The notes beneath the pieces are model-generated. The model saw only the letters and a program-made list of their open reading frames with translations, made no database searches and was not told where the DNA came from. A stretch of 64,000 bases of DNA from Nitrosopumilaceae archaeon (GTDB lineage Archaea > Thermoproteota > Nitrososphaeria > Nitrososphaerales > Nitrosopumilaceae). Position numbers and translations under genes: made by a program. The DNA is taken from contig CBDCCK010000002.1 in assembly GCA_965214835.1 (NCBI GenBank), positions 928,001 to 992,000 of the forward strand, read 5' to 3'. Shown piece after piece: positions 39,199 through 48,677 of this stretch (the stretch's first letter is position 1; the number at the start of each line of letters is the position of its first letter).

Positions 39199-40287
39199 GT
39201 GAAACAAATGGCGGTTCCAATCAACACCCCGATCCTAGGCAGGGATGAGATACGCGAGGTCAGCCGCGTCCTGAAGAGCGGCGCACTGACCAGTGCTGCG
39301 ATGAACGGGGGGCCAAACGTCCGGGAATTCGAGGGACTCTCGAGGAAGTTCCTCAAGTCCAGGTATGCCGTGGCCGTCAACTCCGGCACCGCCGCAATCC
39401 AGGCGGCACTGCATGCGCTGGATATAGGGCCCGGCGACGAGATCCTGCTACCATCGTTTACCTTCGTGGCCACCGCAAACGCCGTGGCATCCACCGGGGC
39501 CAGACCCGTCTTTGTGGACATTCTTGAGAACTATACCGTCGATCCCGACGATCTGGAAAGAAAAATAACCAAGCGCTCCAGGGCGGTGATACCCGTCCAC
39601 CTCTACGGCAATGTCGCAAGGATTGAAAGGATCAAAAGGATCGCAAGGAGAAACCGCCTGAAGGTTGTCGAGGATGCGGCACAGTCGCTGGGCTCCACCT
39701 ACAGGGGAAGGCAGTCTGGCACGTTCGGGGACGCCGGGTGCTTCAGCCTGTATCCTGCAAAGGTCATGACCTCCGGGGAGGGGGGGCTGATCACGACTGA
39801 CAGCAAAAGGACCTATGAGAGGCTGTTGATGATAAGGAACCACGGGATGGTCCGAGGCTATGACTCGAGGATCTTCGGCCTTAACCTGCGGATGCCCGAG
39901 ATCCATGCCGCAATCGCCAAGGTGCAGATCAAGAGGCTGCCGTCTTTTATCAGAAAGAGGACGGTCAACGCAAGGATCCTCTCCGAGCTGCTCTCTGGCC
40001 TGGACCTAGTCCTTCCAGAGGAGCAAGAGCACGAAAAACCAAACTGGTACCTGTATACCGTCTCCACTGCCAAACAAAAACTGCTGAAAAAACGGCTGAA
40101 CTCGGAGGGCTTTGGGGCAAGCGTGTACTATCCGATCCCGGTGCACAGGATTCCCATCTATGACACGAAAAAGAGGCTGCCCGTTACCGAGTGGGCCTCC
40201 CGGCACGTGCTCTCCCTACCCGTCCATCCCGGCGTCACGCGTGCCGACCTGGGACGGATGGCGGGAATCATCTCAGACGCACTGTGA
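39199..40287 (+). CDS. DegT/DnrJ/EryC1/StrS sugar aminotransferase
   Basis: VNSGTAA, FTFVATAN, EDAAQS, FSLYPAKVMTSGEGG. Confidence 0.94.
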   Translation: MKQMAVPINTPILGRDEIREVSRVLKSGALTSAAMNGGPNVREFEGLSRKFLKSRYAVAVNSGTAAIQAALHALDIGPGDEILLPSFTFVATANAVASTGARPVFVDILENYTVDPDDLERKITKRSRAVIPVHLYGNVARIERIKRIARRNRLKVVEDAAQSLGSTYRGRQSGTFGDAGCFSLYPAKVMTSGEGGLITTDSKRTYERLLMIRNHGMVRGYDSRIFGLNLRMPEIHAAIAKVQIKRLPSFIRKRTVNARILSELLSGLDLVLPEEQEHEKPNWYLYTVSTAKQKLLKKRLNSEGFGASVYYPIPVHRIPIYDTKKRLPVTEWASRHVLSLPVHPGVTRADLGRMAGIISDAL

Positions 40288-40547
40288 GCTGGCTGTAGTT
40301 AGGCATGCCCAGGAACCCGGGGCTCAACCCCGATTAAAGACATCCGTTTGGCCCGTATTCTTGCGGACTCGTAGTCTGCCTCTGTCAGTGCAAAATAGCC
40401 AAGGCAGGCGGCACCGCATCCCGCACGACGGGGCCAAGCTCGACCCCGGCAAAATCGTGCGCCATCTCAAGTATATAGACGAGCAGTCGAGGGCTATACA
40501 TGTCCAGAAATATGCAAGCTTTAAAAAACTGGTGTACGATTTGACAC

Positions 40548-40751
40548 GTGATGGATAAAAAGCAGGTGTTGGAAGAGTTGGCACAGTTTGGCGGCGACAA
40601 GACCGAGTATTTCAGACATATCAGTGGATGGTTAGACCTTGATGATGCCGAGCTGGAGGCATTCCGTAAGATTGTTGACGAGGCTCCGGGAAAATGGAAT
40701 ATGCCCCCGGAGGAATCGCCCTTCCGACGTCATACGGTGGGGAATTTTTAG
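40548..40751 (+). CDS. small hypothetical protein, paralogue of 14481..14768
   Basis: LAQFGGDKT...IVDEAPGKWNM versus LAKNRGDKT...VLDAAPGEWNM. Confidence 0.65.
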   Translation: MMDKKQVLEELAQFGGDKTEYFRHISGWLDLDDAELEAFRKIVDEAPGKWNMPPEESPFRRHTVGNF

Positions 40752-40796
40752 AGGACACCAAAAGACACAAAAGGCAATACATACACAATAATTCTG

Positions 40797-41075
40797 ATGA
40801 GGGAGAGTACCAGGGAATGGCTCAAACGGTGGAAGGAGGATCCAGAGTTCCGAAAGAAGTCCAAGGAAAGGGTGCAAAAACTCATAAAGACATATGACAA
40901 GATGTTCGCAGACCCCGACTACAAGGAAGACTTTGTGAACGAGTATGACGAGCATGGCCAGTTGAATCCCGGGTATTTACTTGTTCCGGATCCGCCAATT
41001 GGTGACTCCCAGGAGGGCGGGGACGTGGCTGCATCAGATACCGACGAGTCCAAGGTGAACTGCGTCAGCCGTTAG
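40797..41075 (+). CDS. small hypothetical protein
   Basis: 92-aa charged ORF following the previous gene. Confidence 0.55.
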   Translation: MRESTREWLKRWKEDPEFRKKSKERVQKLIKTYDKMFADPDYKEDFVNEYDEHGQLNPGYLLVPDPPIGDSQEGGDVAASDTDESKVNCVSR

Positions 41076-41273
41076 GACTGATGGGCTCATCCATTGTAAA
41101 CATGATGAACACCTTGTCTGGCTGGTCATGCGTCACGATCTTTCTTAGCAGACCGCGAAACCCAGGAGTGAACATGCAGTCCTCGCAATCTAACGCGGAC
41201 AGAGAACAAACCTAGTTCTTATTTTGCATGAAAAAGATGCATGGGGACATAAAGTGGATTACTCATTGCCCCT

Positions 41274-41627
41274 CTAGTATCCGCTTCTCTGGCGCTCCCT
41301 GTTGATCTCGTTTTTTCTCCTGTACTCCTCTAGGATGTCATCAGGCGTGAGTCCCAGCTCCAGCGATGCCTGGACCACAAAGTGCCAGATGTCTATGAGC
41401 TCCTCCCGTGCAGCTGACTCGTCGAACTCGGCTGGGGTCTTCCACCACTTCCAGTTCGTGGTCCGCTGAAGCTCGACTGCCTCGTGCATTATTGCAGTGG
41501 ACAGTGCCGAGACCCTTCCTTCGATATCCTTTGGGTACCTGTCAAGCCTCATCATGCCTGTCAGGCCCCTTTGCAGCCGGAATATCGCATCTAGCCTGTC
41601 CGGATTCTCAGAGGTCTCCTGTGTCAA
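41274..41627 (-). CDS. dimeric dUTPase / all-alpha NTP pyrophosphatase
   Basis: EAVEL..WKWWK..EELIDIWHF..KNEINRERQ. Confidence 0.88.
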   Translation of the reverse strand: MTQETSENPDRLDAIFRLQRGLTGMMRLDRYPKDIEGRVSALSTAIMHEAVELQRTTNWKWWKTPAEFDESAAREELIDIWHFVVQASLELGLTPDDILEEYRRKNEINRERQRSGY

Positions 41628-41666
41628 ACCACAGTTAAGCCGGGACTTTGAAACTTAAGTCTTTTT

Positions 41667-42560
41667 TTAGAACCGGATCATACTCTGGTACGTCCTGACT
41701 CTTTTTGAAATGTCGGATTTTGCAATCCCGGTCAGCCCGTCCAGGCCGTATCCCTCCACGGCAAACGAGCCCATCACGTTGCCGTACACGACTGCCTTTT
41801 TGATCGACGACATGCTCGTCGAACCCCGGCTGGCAAGGTAGCCGATCATGGCGCCTGCAAAAGAGTCTCCCGCACCGGTCGGATCCACGACGTCCTCCAG
41901 CGAGAATCCCGCAGTCGGGAAGATTACATCGTCAAAGAACATCAGGGAGCCGTGCTCGCCCTTTTTGATTATGACAAACCTCGCCCCCCACCTCATCATC
42001 TTTTTTGCGCATTTTATCAGGTTGAACTCCTTTGTCAGAAGCTTTGCCTCCTCGTCGTTGATCACCACAGCGTCTACTGCCTTGATCATCTTGATTACTG
42101 CGTCCCTTTTTGTAGAGATCCAAAAGTCAATCGTATCACACATTGAGAACTTTACGCTATCAAACTCCCTGATCAGCCTCACGTTCTGCTCGGGATCGTT
42201 GTTTGCCAGATAGACAAACCTCGACTTTCTGTACTCGTCTGGGACCTGCGGCTCAAAGCCTGCCGAGACGTTGAGCTCCGTCTTTAGCGTCCTTCTGGTA
42301 CTGAGGGTCTCGTCATAGCTGCCATGATACCGAAACGTCCTTCCCCTGATGATTGAAAGGCCCCGCAGATCCACGTATTTTTTTAGCAGGCTGCGATACC
42401 TGTCCGGAAAGTCCTCGCCGGCAGCTCCAATCAGGCCGGTGTCCACAAAATAGCTTGCCGACACTGCCGCAAACGTCGCGGCGCCTCCCAACGAATTCCT
42501 TAAGACCTTCTTCGGCGTCCTGATGGTATCTAGCGCGACTGATCCAAAGACTGCAAGCAC
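41667..42560 (-). CDS. PfkB-family carbohydrate kinase
   Basis: GSVALD, LGGAA, DPTGAGDSFAG. Confidence 0.93.
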   Translation of the reverse strand: MLAVFGSVALDTIRTPKKVLRNSLGGAATFAAVSASYFVDTGLIGAAGEDFPDRYRSLLKKYVDLRGLSIIRGRTFRYHGSYDETLSTRRTLKTELNVSAGFEPQVPDEYRKSRFVYLANNDPEQNVRLIREFDSVKFSMCDTIDFWISTKRDAVIKMIKAVDAVVINDEEAKLLTKEFNLIKCAKKMMRWGARFVIIKKGEHGSLMFFDDVIFPTAGFSLEDVVDPTGAGDSFAGAMIGYLASRGSTSMSSIKKAVVYGNVMGSFAVEGYGLDGLTGIAKSDISKRVRTYQSMIRF

Positions 42561-42569
42561 GCAAAAAAG

Positions 42570-43025
42570 CTAGTCCCGATGTATAAATTCCCTTGCCTGC
42601 TCCTCTGACGGATAAAAGACAAACGGAACGTCGACTGTCGTGACTGCCAGGTCATATTGCGTCACGCCGCTTATCTTTACCGTCGGCGTATCTGCAGAGT
42701 CCTCCAGCTGTCTGAACGTCTCAAAGGTTCCCTCTGCATGGGAGCTTGACAGCGGCGGGAGCGTAAAGGGCACCAGCCTTCCATGGCCGATGTTTTCCCC
42801 GTCTGCCGTTATCGCAAACTCGGTCTGGCCTGCCGACAGATACAGAAGTGACGGGTTCTCAAGCTGCAGCTGTATGTTATAGTCTGACTGTGCGCCATCC
42901 TCGCCGACCAGCTCGCTGCGCGTTATCTCGACTCCGATCTGCGATGCTGAGGCATACTGCGAGTACCCGAATCCTGCCAGGCCCAGAACCAGGAGGAATA
43001 CCACCACTTTTCGCGACCTTTCCAT
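42570..43025 (-). CDS. membrane-anchored LEA/Ig-like protein
   Basis: N-terminal TM, LENPS motif. Confidence 0.7.
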   Translation of the reverse strand: MERSRKVVVFLLVLGLAGFGYSQYASASQIGVEITRSELVGEDGAQSDYNIQLQLENPSLLYLSAGQTEFAITADGENIGHGRLVPFTLPPLSSSHAEGTFETFRQLEDSADTPTVKISGVTQYDLAVTTVDVPFVFYPSEEQAREFIHRD

Positions 43026-43155
43026 GCCTGTTCTTGTGATTTTCCCATTTTAATCTCTGGGCAAAAAAATCCAGATAATGTGTGTAAAAATTTTGATCTA
43101 CTATCAAACCTACTTAGAGCTATCAAAATAAATCATAACCCGTGTATAATGTTGT

Positions 43156-43644
43156 ATGGCTAGGGTGAAGATCAAGGTGGGGGAAAACGAGGTCGAGGTC
43201 GACTCTAGGGATTTTTACGTTGACAACCGGTCAATCGGGCAGGTAATCGAGGAGGTATCCAGACATCTCCAGTCAAGCTCTGCCAATATAGTCTATGAGC
43301 AGGTAGATGATGAGGCCCGGGACGCCCAGAAATCCCAGGCAGCAGGCGGGCATATGAAACCGCTTGCTGATGCCGAGATCCACGAATCCGAATTTAACAA
43401 TTCGATTCTGATATCCGGCAGTGAGGTCAAATCAAAGCTGGAGGTGCTGGAAGGCGACTCGTTCTTTGACAGACCCAGAACCGTATCTGAGACAGTTGCA
43501 CGACTGCGTGAATACGGATGGATAGCAAGCCCGCTAGAGGTGTCCAGGACGCTGACTAGGATGGTATTTCAGCGGGAGCTGACAAAGGACTCTCAAAACA
43601 ACCGCAACTATTACACAATCAAAGAAAGCCTGCTTGCTAGCTAG
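43156..43644 (+). CDS. hypothetical protein with C-terminal wHTH
   Basis: FFDRPRTVSE..VSRTLTRM..EL..YY. Confidence 0.75.
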   Translation: MARVKIKVGENEVEVDSRDFYVDNRSIGQVIEEVSRHLQSSSANIVYEQVDDEARDAQKSQAAGGHMKPLADAEIHESEFNNSILISGSEVKSKLEVLEGDSFFDRPRTVSETVARLREYGWIASPLEVSRTLTRMVFQRELTKDSQNNRNYYTIKESLLAS

Positions 43645-43825
43645 GCCCAAAGCTGCATCTCCGGCAGGAGGCAAAGACCTCCCCGTCAAGGTGGTCAAAG
43701 TGCGCATTGCACCTGTTGCAGGTGTGATGCATGTCAAAATACCCGTCAGACTCGGTCTTTCCGACCCGCATTGATTTCAGATCGGCACTCCCGCATCTTA
43801 TGCAGTGGCATCCGCATTCAATCAC
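43637..43825 (-). CDS. small Cys-rich zinc-finger protein
   Basis: CGCHCIRC, HHTCNRC, CRRC. Confidence 0.65.
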   Translation of the reverse strand: MIECGCHCIRCGSADLKSMRVGKTESDGYFDMHHTCNRCNAHFDHLDGEVFASCRRCSFGPS

Positions 43826-43859
43826 GGACGTATCTGCAAACAATGTATGTATAGTTGTA

Positions 43860-44030
43860 TTGGCCAGCCATACCGTGGACAAAAAAAGAGTCATCCCCGA
43901 GGAGATCGATGATCACTATAGGCTGTACGGAAAGGAGCCATGGGAGGTCGACTATGACGAAAAATGTCCCCTGTGCGATTCAAGGATTGACGAGTACGGC
44001 CTATGTTCCTGCGGTTCTAGCGGGGAGTAA
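43860..44030 (+). CDS. small zinc-finger protein
   Basis: CPLC..IDEYGLCSCG. Confidence 0.65.
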   Translation: MASHTVDKKRVIPEEIDDHYRLYGKEPWEVDYDEKCPLCDSRIDEYGLCSCGSSGE

Positions 44031-44910
44031 GCCTGTTGCTGTACTGCAGCGCCACAATAAGCGAGATGCCCAGGATCAGGGGCAAAAACAACGAAAACTC
44101 TGGGATTGCCGTGGTCCCAACTATCGAGACGCTGGCGCCGGCATCCGGCCTGAAGCTCAGCCAGACATGCGTGTCGTTTTGAGGAAAGACCGAGTGCGGA
44201 ATCTTTTCATCCCCGTCGTAGATCTGATACGGCTTCCATAGCAGCTCCAGCGGAACCAACAGCGTTACATAGCCCCCCCCGGCGCCCGTATCAAAGCTGA
44301 TGCTCTTGCCTGGCTGGTTGAACTCCAGGGCACCTATCCGGCCGTTTCCCGCGTTTGATAGCACGAATTCATGATCCTCCCAGACTATTTTTTCATGTTG
44401 GACTTCCGGCCTGTCTACATACTCTAGGATCATCTGGCAGCCGTGACAGAACATGCCCCTGTTTTCCTTAAAGACTGCCAGGCTCTCGTCGACATAAATC
44501 ATTTCAACGAACTCCGGAAAGAAGAACTTTGTATCCTCAAGATATAGAAAGTCCCACATCCATACCCCGTCCCTTAGCTCCAGCACGTCCCTTAGCTCGT
44601 ATTTGACCGTATGGTCGCCATTGGACGGAAAGAGCAGGACGGTGCCCTCCCCGATCATTGCGTACTGGGCCTCCCCACCTGACTCGTCCCTTACGGTAAT
44701 GTTGTCCCTTGTACCCTCGATCAGCTCAATCCGTACGGGCGCATCTGATCCCCTTACGATGTGCTTTACGCTGACACCACCCTCATCAGAAATGTAAACC
44801 TCCACTGATCGCTGTGATGCGGCCTCTCCCACGCCGATGCCCTGGCCTAGTGCGCCCTGGAGCGGAAGCAAAAGCATCAGGACAAAAACGGCCGTGACTG
44901 TTCCCTTCAA
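44017..44910 (-). CDS. PEF(G)-CTERM surface protein
   Basis: Signal peptide; C-terminal IPEF, TM segment and basic tail. Confidence 0.85.
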   Translation of the reverse strand: MKGTVTAVFVLMLLLPLQGALGQGIGVGEAASQRSVEVYISDEGGVSVKHIVRGSDAPVRIELIEGTRDNITVRDESGGEAQYAMIGEGTVLLFPSNGDHTVKYELRDVLELRDGVWMWDFLYLEDTKFFFPEFVEMIYVDESLAVFKENRGMFCHGCQMILEYVDRPEVQHEKIVWEDHEFVLSNAGNGRIGALEFNQPGKSISFDTGAGGGYVTLLVPLELLWKPYQIYDGDEKIPHSVFPQNDTHVWLSFRPDAGASVSIVGTTAIPEFSLFLPLILGISLIVALQYSNRLTPR

Positions 44911-45398
44911 TGCGCGTCTTGCTCTGATAGTGAGACCCTGATCATTTTTGCCTCCTGCAGGGGACAGTCGTTTCCATCCCTGTCAAGATTCACGATCTTG
45001 TCTGCGGTATCCATTCCCTGGGTAACCTCCCCGAATACCGTGTACTGCCTGTCAAGGAAGGTGCTGTCTGCAGTCACAATAAAGAACTGCGAGCCTGCAC
45101 TGTCGGGATCCTGTGATCTTGCCATCGAGACGATTCCCCTGAGGTGTGAGCGTGAGTTAAACTCTGCCTTTATTGCATATCCGGGGCCTCCCATGCCCCA
45201 GTTTGCCTTGCTGGGCTGCTTTGTATTGGGATCCCCGCCCTGTATCATGAATCCGGGAATCACCCTGTGGAACAGGGTTCCATCGTAGAATCCGGATCCT
45301 GCGAGTTTTTCAAAGTTTCTTACCGTCTCTGGAGCAAGATCCGGCAACAATTTAAATGAGATGCTTCCCAGGTTGGTCTCAATATTCACGGCAGTCAT
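44907..45398 (-). CDS. cyclophilin-type peptidyl-prolyl isomerase
   Basis: FHRVIPGFMIQGGD, SMAR, AGSQFFI. Confidence 0.96.
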   Translation of the reverse strand: MTAVNIETNLGSISFKLLPDLAPETVRNFEKLAGSGFYDGTLFHRVIPGFMIQGGDPNTKQPSKANWGMGGPGYAIKAEFNSRSHLRGIVSMARSQDPDSAGSQFFIVTADSTFLDRQYTVFGEVTQGMDTADKIVNLDRDGNDCPLQEAKMIRVSLSEQDAH

Positions 45399-45693
45399 GC
45401 TTTGACGTACCGGCCCCTCATCATAAGAGTCTTATGTTTGCCGACCGGTACGAGCTTTGGAACCTTCTTTCGTACTAGGCCACGTCCTCCTGCGGGCCAA
45501 GCGCAAAACCACAACCCCGTGCAGGCCGGTGTCCAGCCGGGATATTGGGAGGCGGCCACATGCATTCTTTTTTTGAAGACATGAAAACCGTCTGAAGGCC
45601 TTGAAAATTTGCATGCAAACAAAAATGTAAATTTTTTTGCATTTTTGGATTGCGGGTTATAGTCTTATATAGAACAACTAAAACGTAGATCTC

Positions 45694-45921
45694 GTGAACC
45701 GTACAAATCAAAGCGCAGTCATTAGAGAAGCAATTAATTCTTGTCTCGACAGGGGGGTCACTGACAAGCAAGACATTTACACAAAGGTTGTCGATGAGCT
45801 TGGCGTTCCACGACCAACAGTTCGCAGAGTTGCAAGAGATCTGAGAAGTGAGCTTCTAGAAAAGATTCAGATTTTACAATCGGATGCTCCAAAAGAGACG
45901 ATTGCAGAAAAAGAGGAATAA
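45694..45921 (+). CDS. small HTH DNA-binding protein
   Basis: IYTKVVDELGVPRPTVRRVAR. Confidence 0.75.
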   Translation: MNRTNQSAVIREAINSCLDRGVTDKQDIYTKVVDELGVPRPTVRRVARDLRSELLEKIQILQSDAPKETIAEKEE

Positions 45922-46005
45922 ACCACACCCTCTTCTTTCTTTTTACTTATTTTCGCTGTCCATTCCCGGCATTACTGTTATAAACTCCGAATTTTTGGGA
46001 ATATC

Positions 46006-46488
46006 ATGGGTTATTTGGGAAATCACCTGGCCACGGTGTCAACCGGCGTGTTTGCGGCGGTACTGACCGGTCTTTGGCCGTGGTTTGTCTATGACCTAGG
46101 CGCAACGATACTCAACTTTGTGTTCATAATGGCAGTTCCGATTACCTGGTTTCTGACGCTCATGTGCTGGCTGTCCCAAAAAAGCGCAGACTATGCGCAC
46201 AGGTACGGCGCCACCCATGCCTCCGGCGAGGAAAAAAAAAACTTGAATAGCAGCACGCAACAAAAACTGGTCTACAGCTCCGACGGACGGCAGGTCACCC
46301 CGGGAGAGCTGAGGGAGGCCAGGACTGAGCTGGCCGACGAGCTGGACTCTTTGCGCAACACCGTAAAGATCCAAGACAGCGAAATTGAAAGGCTGAGACA
46401 GGAGATTGCAAACCTTGAGACCCTCGTGCAGATTGAGTCATTAAAGGCCGAGCTTGCAAACCTCAAGATGCTTGCATCCAAAAAATAG
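46006..46488 (+). CDS. two-TM protein with C-terminal coiled coil
   Basis: Hydrophobic N-terminus, heptad C-terminus. Confidence 0.75.
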   Translation: MGYLGNHLATVSTGVFAAVLTGLWPWFVYDLGATILNFVFIMAVPITWFLTLMCWLSQKSADYAHRYGATHASGEEKKNLNSSTQQKLVYSSDGRQVTPGELREARTELADELDSLRNTVKIQDSEIERLRQEIANLETLVQIESLKAELANLKMLASKK

Positions 46489-46599
46489 TCAGCCCTCGCA
46501 GTGCCCGCATCTTGCCGCATCGTGCTTTTCTCTGCATCCCGGGCAGCTGAGCGCCCCCCCGTAATGGCACTTGCACGGGCAGAGCTCCGTCGGATCCAT
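46489..46599 (-). CDS. 36-aa Cys/His-rich microprotein (metallothionein-like)
   Basis: MDPTELCPCKCHYGGALSCPGCREKHDAARCGHCEG*; TATTAA about 25 nt upstream. Confidence 0.6.
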   Translation of the reverse strand: MDPTELCPCKCHYGGALSCPGCREKHDAARCGHCEG

Positions 46600-46698
46600 A
46601 GTATGATTCCTGCGTCATCTTAATATCTGTCTTTTCAGGCACCTAAATCATGCAGACTGGCCGGAGCAAGTTTTTAAGCTGTACCGAGCGGAGGTATT

Positions 46699-47139
46699 GT
46701 GTTGAGTAAAACCGCCCTCTCACTTGTCGCGTTTGCATCGCTCTTTGTGATGCTGGGATTTGACGGAGCCGGCGCCGAGACGCAGGCAGACGGGATAACC
46801 CCGATTGGCCCCGGCGTCGGAATCGAAAGATCCACAATCGAGTTCAGCGTACCGGAAAACAACTCGCTTCCCTGGGCATTCGTGGAGGGAAGCATATCGA
46901 ATCCAGCCCCGGACTATCCCGTGATCATTCAGATTTATGACATGGATGGAGCAATGCCTGGAAACGACATCGGGGCGGTTCACTTTGCCCAAACCGATGT
47001 GAACCCTGACGGCAGCTTTGAGTACAGGTTTCGGGTATTGAACGTGGACGACGGCTCAAAAACCAACATCTTTGAGGGCAGCTATGTCGTAAAAATCTTC
47101 AAGTTCGTACATCTAGGTGAAGACCTCAGCGCAATCTAG
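46699..47139 (+). CDS. secreted Ig-like hypothetical protein
   Basis: Signal peptide; YPVIIQI..HFAQTDV..DGSFEYRF. Confidence 0.75.
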   Translation: MLSKTALSLVAFASLFVMLGFDGAGAETQADGITPIGPGVGIERSTIEFSVPENNSLPWAFVEGSISNPAPDYPVIIQIYDMDGAMPGNDIGAVHFAQTDVNPDGSFEYRFRVLNVDDGSKTNIFEGSYVVKIFKFVHLGEDLSAI

Positions 47140-47650
47140 CGGCCAGTCCTATCGTCTCATCGACCAGCTCCCTCAGCCTGGCCCGCGCATCCTCGTCAGA
47201 TACCTGGCCGTCCTGTATCGCGTCTGCAGTCATAAAGACCGCCTTGGGATTGGTTATGACCCTAAAGTATGACATCAGCTGTACGACCATCGTCTGGACG
47301 TCTACGAAGCTGATCTGCCCCGAGGCCAGGATTGCAATCCCGGCAGTCTTGCCCGCGGTTTTCTTATAGTCTACGTACTCAAAGAGGTTCTTTAGCGCAG
47401 AGCTGAAAAACGAGTTGTAGACCGGCGTGCCGATAAGCCATATGTCCGCATCCATGATGTCTGCCGTGGCCCTCCTTGTGGCATCGTTGTACTCCTCACC
47501 GGGGCCCCTGTAGCACTCTATGTCCCCCCCTGCCAGGTTGATTAAAACGACCTCGTGATCCTTTTGTCCCGCATAGTCATATACTAGGTTCATCATGGCC
47601 TGAGTCTTGCCTGCCCTTCTGGGACTTGCCGCAATCACCACTATCTTCAT
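47126..47650 (-). CDS. NADPH-dependent FMN reductase
   Basis: ASPRRAGKT, GTPVYN..S.ALKN; directly downstream of bluB and tRNA-Arg. Confidence 0.88.
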   Translation of the reverse strand: MKIVVIAASPRRAGKTQAMMNLVYDYAGQKDHEVVLINLAGGDIECYRGPGEEYNDATRRATADIMDADIWLIGTPVYNSFFSSALKNLFEYVDYKKTAGKTAGIAILASGQISFVDVQTMVVQLMSYFRVITNPKAVFMTADAIQDGQVSDEDARARLRELVDETIGLAARLR

Positions 47651-47688
47651 GATACCCCTTGACCGGTTTTCTATTTAAGTTAGAAATA

Positions 47689-47780
47689 CGGGCTTGGAGG
47701 GCTTCGATCCCTCGACCTGTAACTTAGGAGGCTACCACGCTATCCATACTTCGCGTCAGATGACTCTGCGCCACAAGCCC
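47689..47780 (-). tRNA. tRNA-Arg(CCT) with an intron of about 17 nt in the D-loop
   Basis: GGGCTTG/CAAGCCC acceptor, GTAGC-CTCCTAA-GTTAC anticodon arm, extra AGTCATCTGACGCGAAG in the D-loop. Confidence 0.88.
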
Positions 47781-47800
47781 AGCAAAAAACACGCACGTAA

Positions 47801-48514
47801 TTATTTAAGCGTAGTCAAGTTGGACTCGATCAGCCGCCTTACCTCCCCCCACTCCGGACTGCTTTTCTGATTCCACCTTTCATAGTTGACGACCTCCTCA
47901 AGCCTCAGCCTTGGCAGCCATCCCGCAGTCTCAAGATCTGGCCTTGCGGCAAAGTCTTCCACATGCCCCAAGCAGAGATAGGCAATGGGGACCACATGCT
48001 CTGGCAGCCCCAGGATCTCCCTTAGGACATCGTTTGACAGTATGCTGACCCATCCTAGGCCTATTCCCTCCGATCTTGCCGCCAGCCACAGGTTCTGTAC
48101 CGCGCAGCACACGCTGTAGATTCCCGCCTCGGGTATGCTGGATCGGCCGATTACAAAGGGGCCAAACCGCCTTGGATCGTATGTGATGCAGAGGTTGACC
48201 GGCGAGTCCATTATTCCCTCCAGCTTGAAGGACAGGTACTGGGATCTCCTTGGCTCCTCTACCAGCTCCGAGGATCGCCTCAGCTCCGCGTCAAAGCTCT
48301 CCTTGATCCTCTTTTTGGTCTGTCCGTCTTTTATCAGTATAAAGTTCCAGGGCTGTGAGAATCCCACGGACGGGGCGTGATGGGCGGCATTGAGGATGCG
48401 GGCGATTACCTCGCCGTCGATCTCCTCTCCAAGAAAGCGCGATCTCACGTCCCTTCTGGTAAAAATGGCCTTGTACAGCCCCGCCTTCTCCTCATGGGTA
48501 AAGCCTTCATCCAT
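47801..48514 (-). CDS. bluB: 5,6-dimethylbenzimidazole synthase
   Basis: RRDVR, AHHAPSVGFSQPWNF, KLEGI, AVQNLWLAARSEGIGLGWVS. Confidence 0.93.
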   Translation of the reverse strand: MDEGFTHEEKAGLYKAIFTRRDVRSRFLGEEIDGEVIARILNAAHHAPSVGFSQPWNFILIKDGQTKKRIKESFDAELRRSSELVEEPRRSQYLSFKLEGIMDSPVNLCITYDPRRFGPFVIGRSSIPEAGIYSVCCAVQNLWLAARSEGIGLGWVSILSNDVLREILGLPEHVVPIAYLCLGHVEDFAARPDLETAGWLPRLRLEEVVNYERWNQKSSPEWGEVRRLIESNLTTLK

Positions 48515-48597
48515 CTGTATGTCTACCCGTGCTCTGCTTATTCGTCTTTGGTTTTGTTAAACGTTAATAATGTCGTAGCGGGGCCTTGTACGTCATT

Positions 48598-48671
48598 GGG
48601 CCGGTAGTCTAGCTGGTTAGGATACCGCCTCGACACGGCGGTGATCGTGAGTTCGAATCTCTCTCGGCCCA
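48598..48671 (+). tRNA. tRNA-Val(GAC)
   Basis: GGGCCGG/TCGGCCC-A, CCGCC-TCGACAC-GGCGG, TTCGAAT loop, T-tract downstream. Confidence 0.88.
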
Positions 48672-48677
48672 CTTTTT

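Noticed and set aside
45400-45690. Short ORFs or an ncRNA in the divergent gap upstream of the cyclophilin gene
   Set aside because: No motif or convincing structure could be supported by eye.
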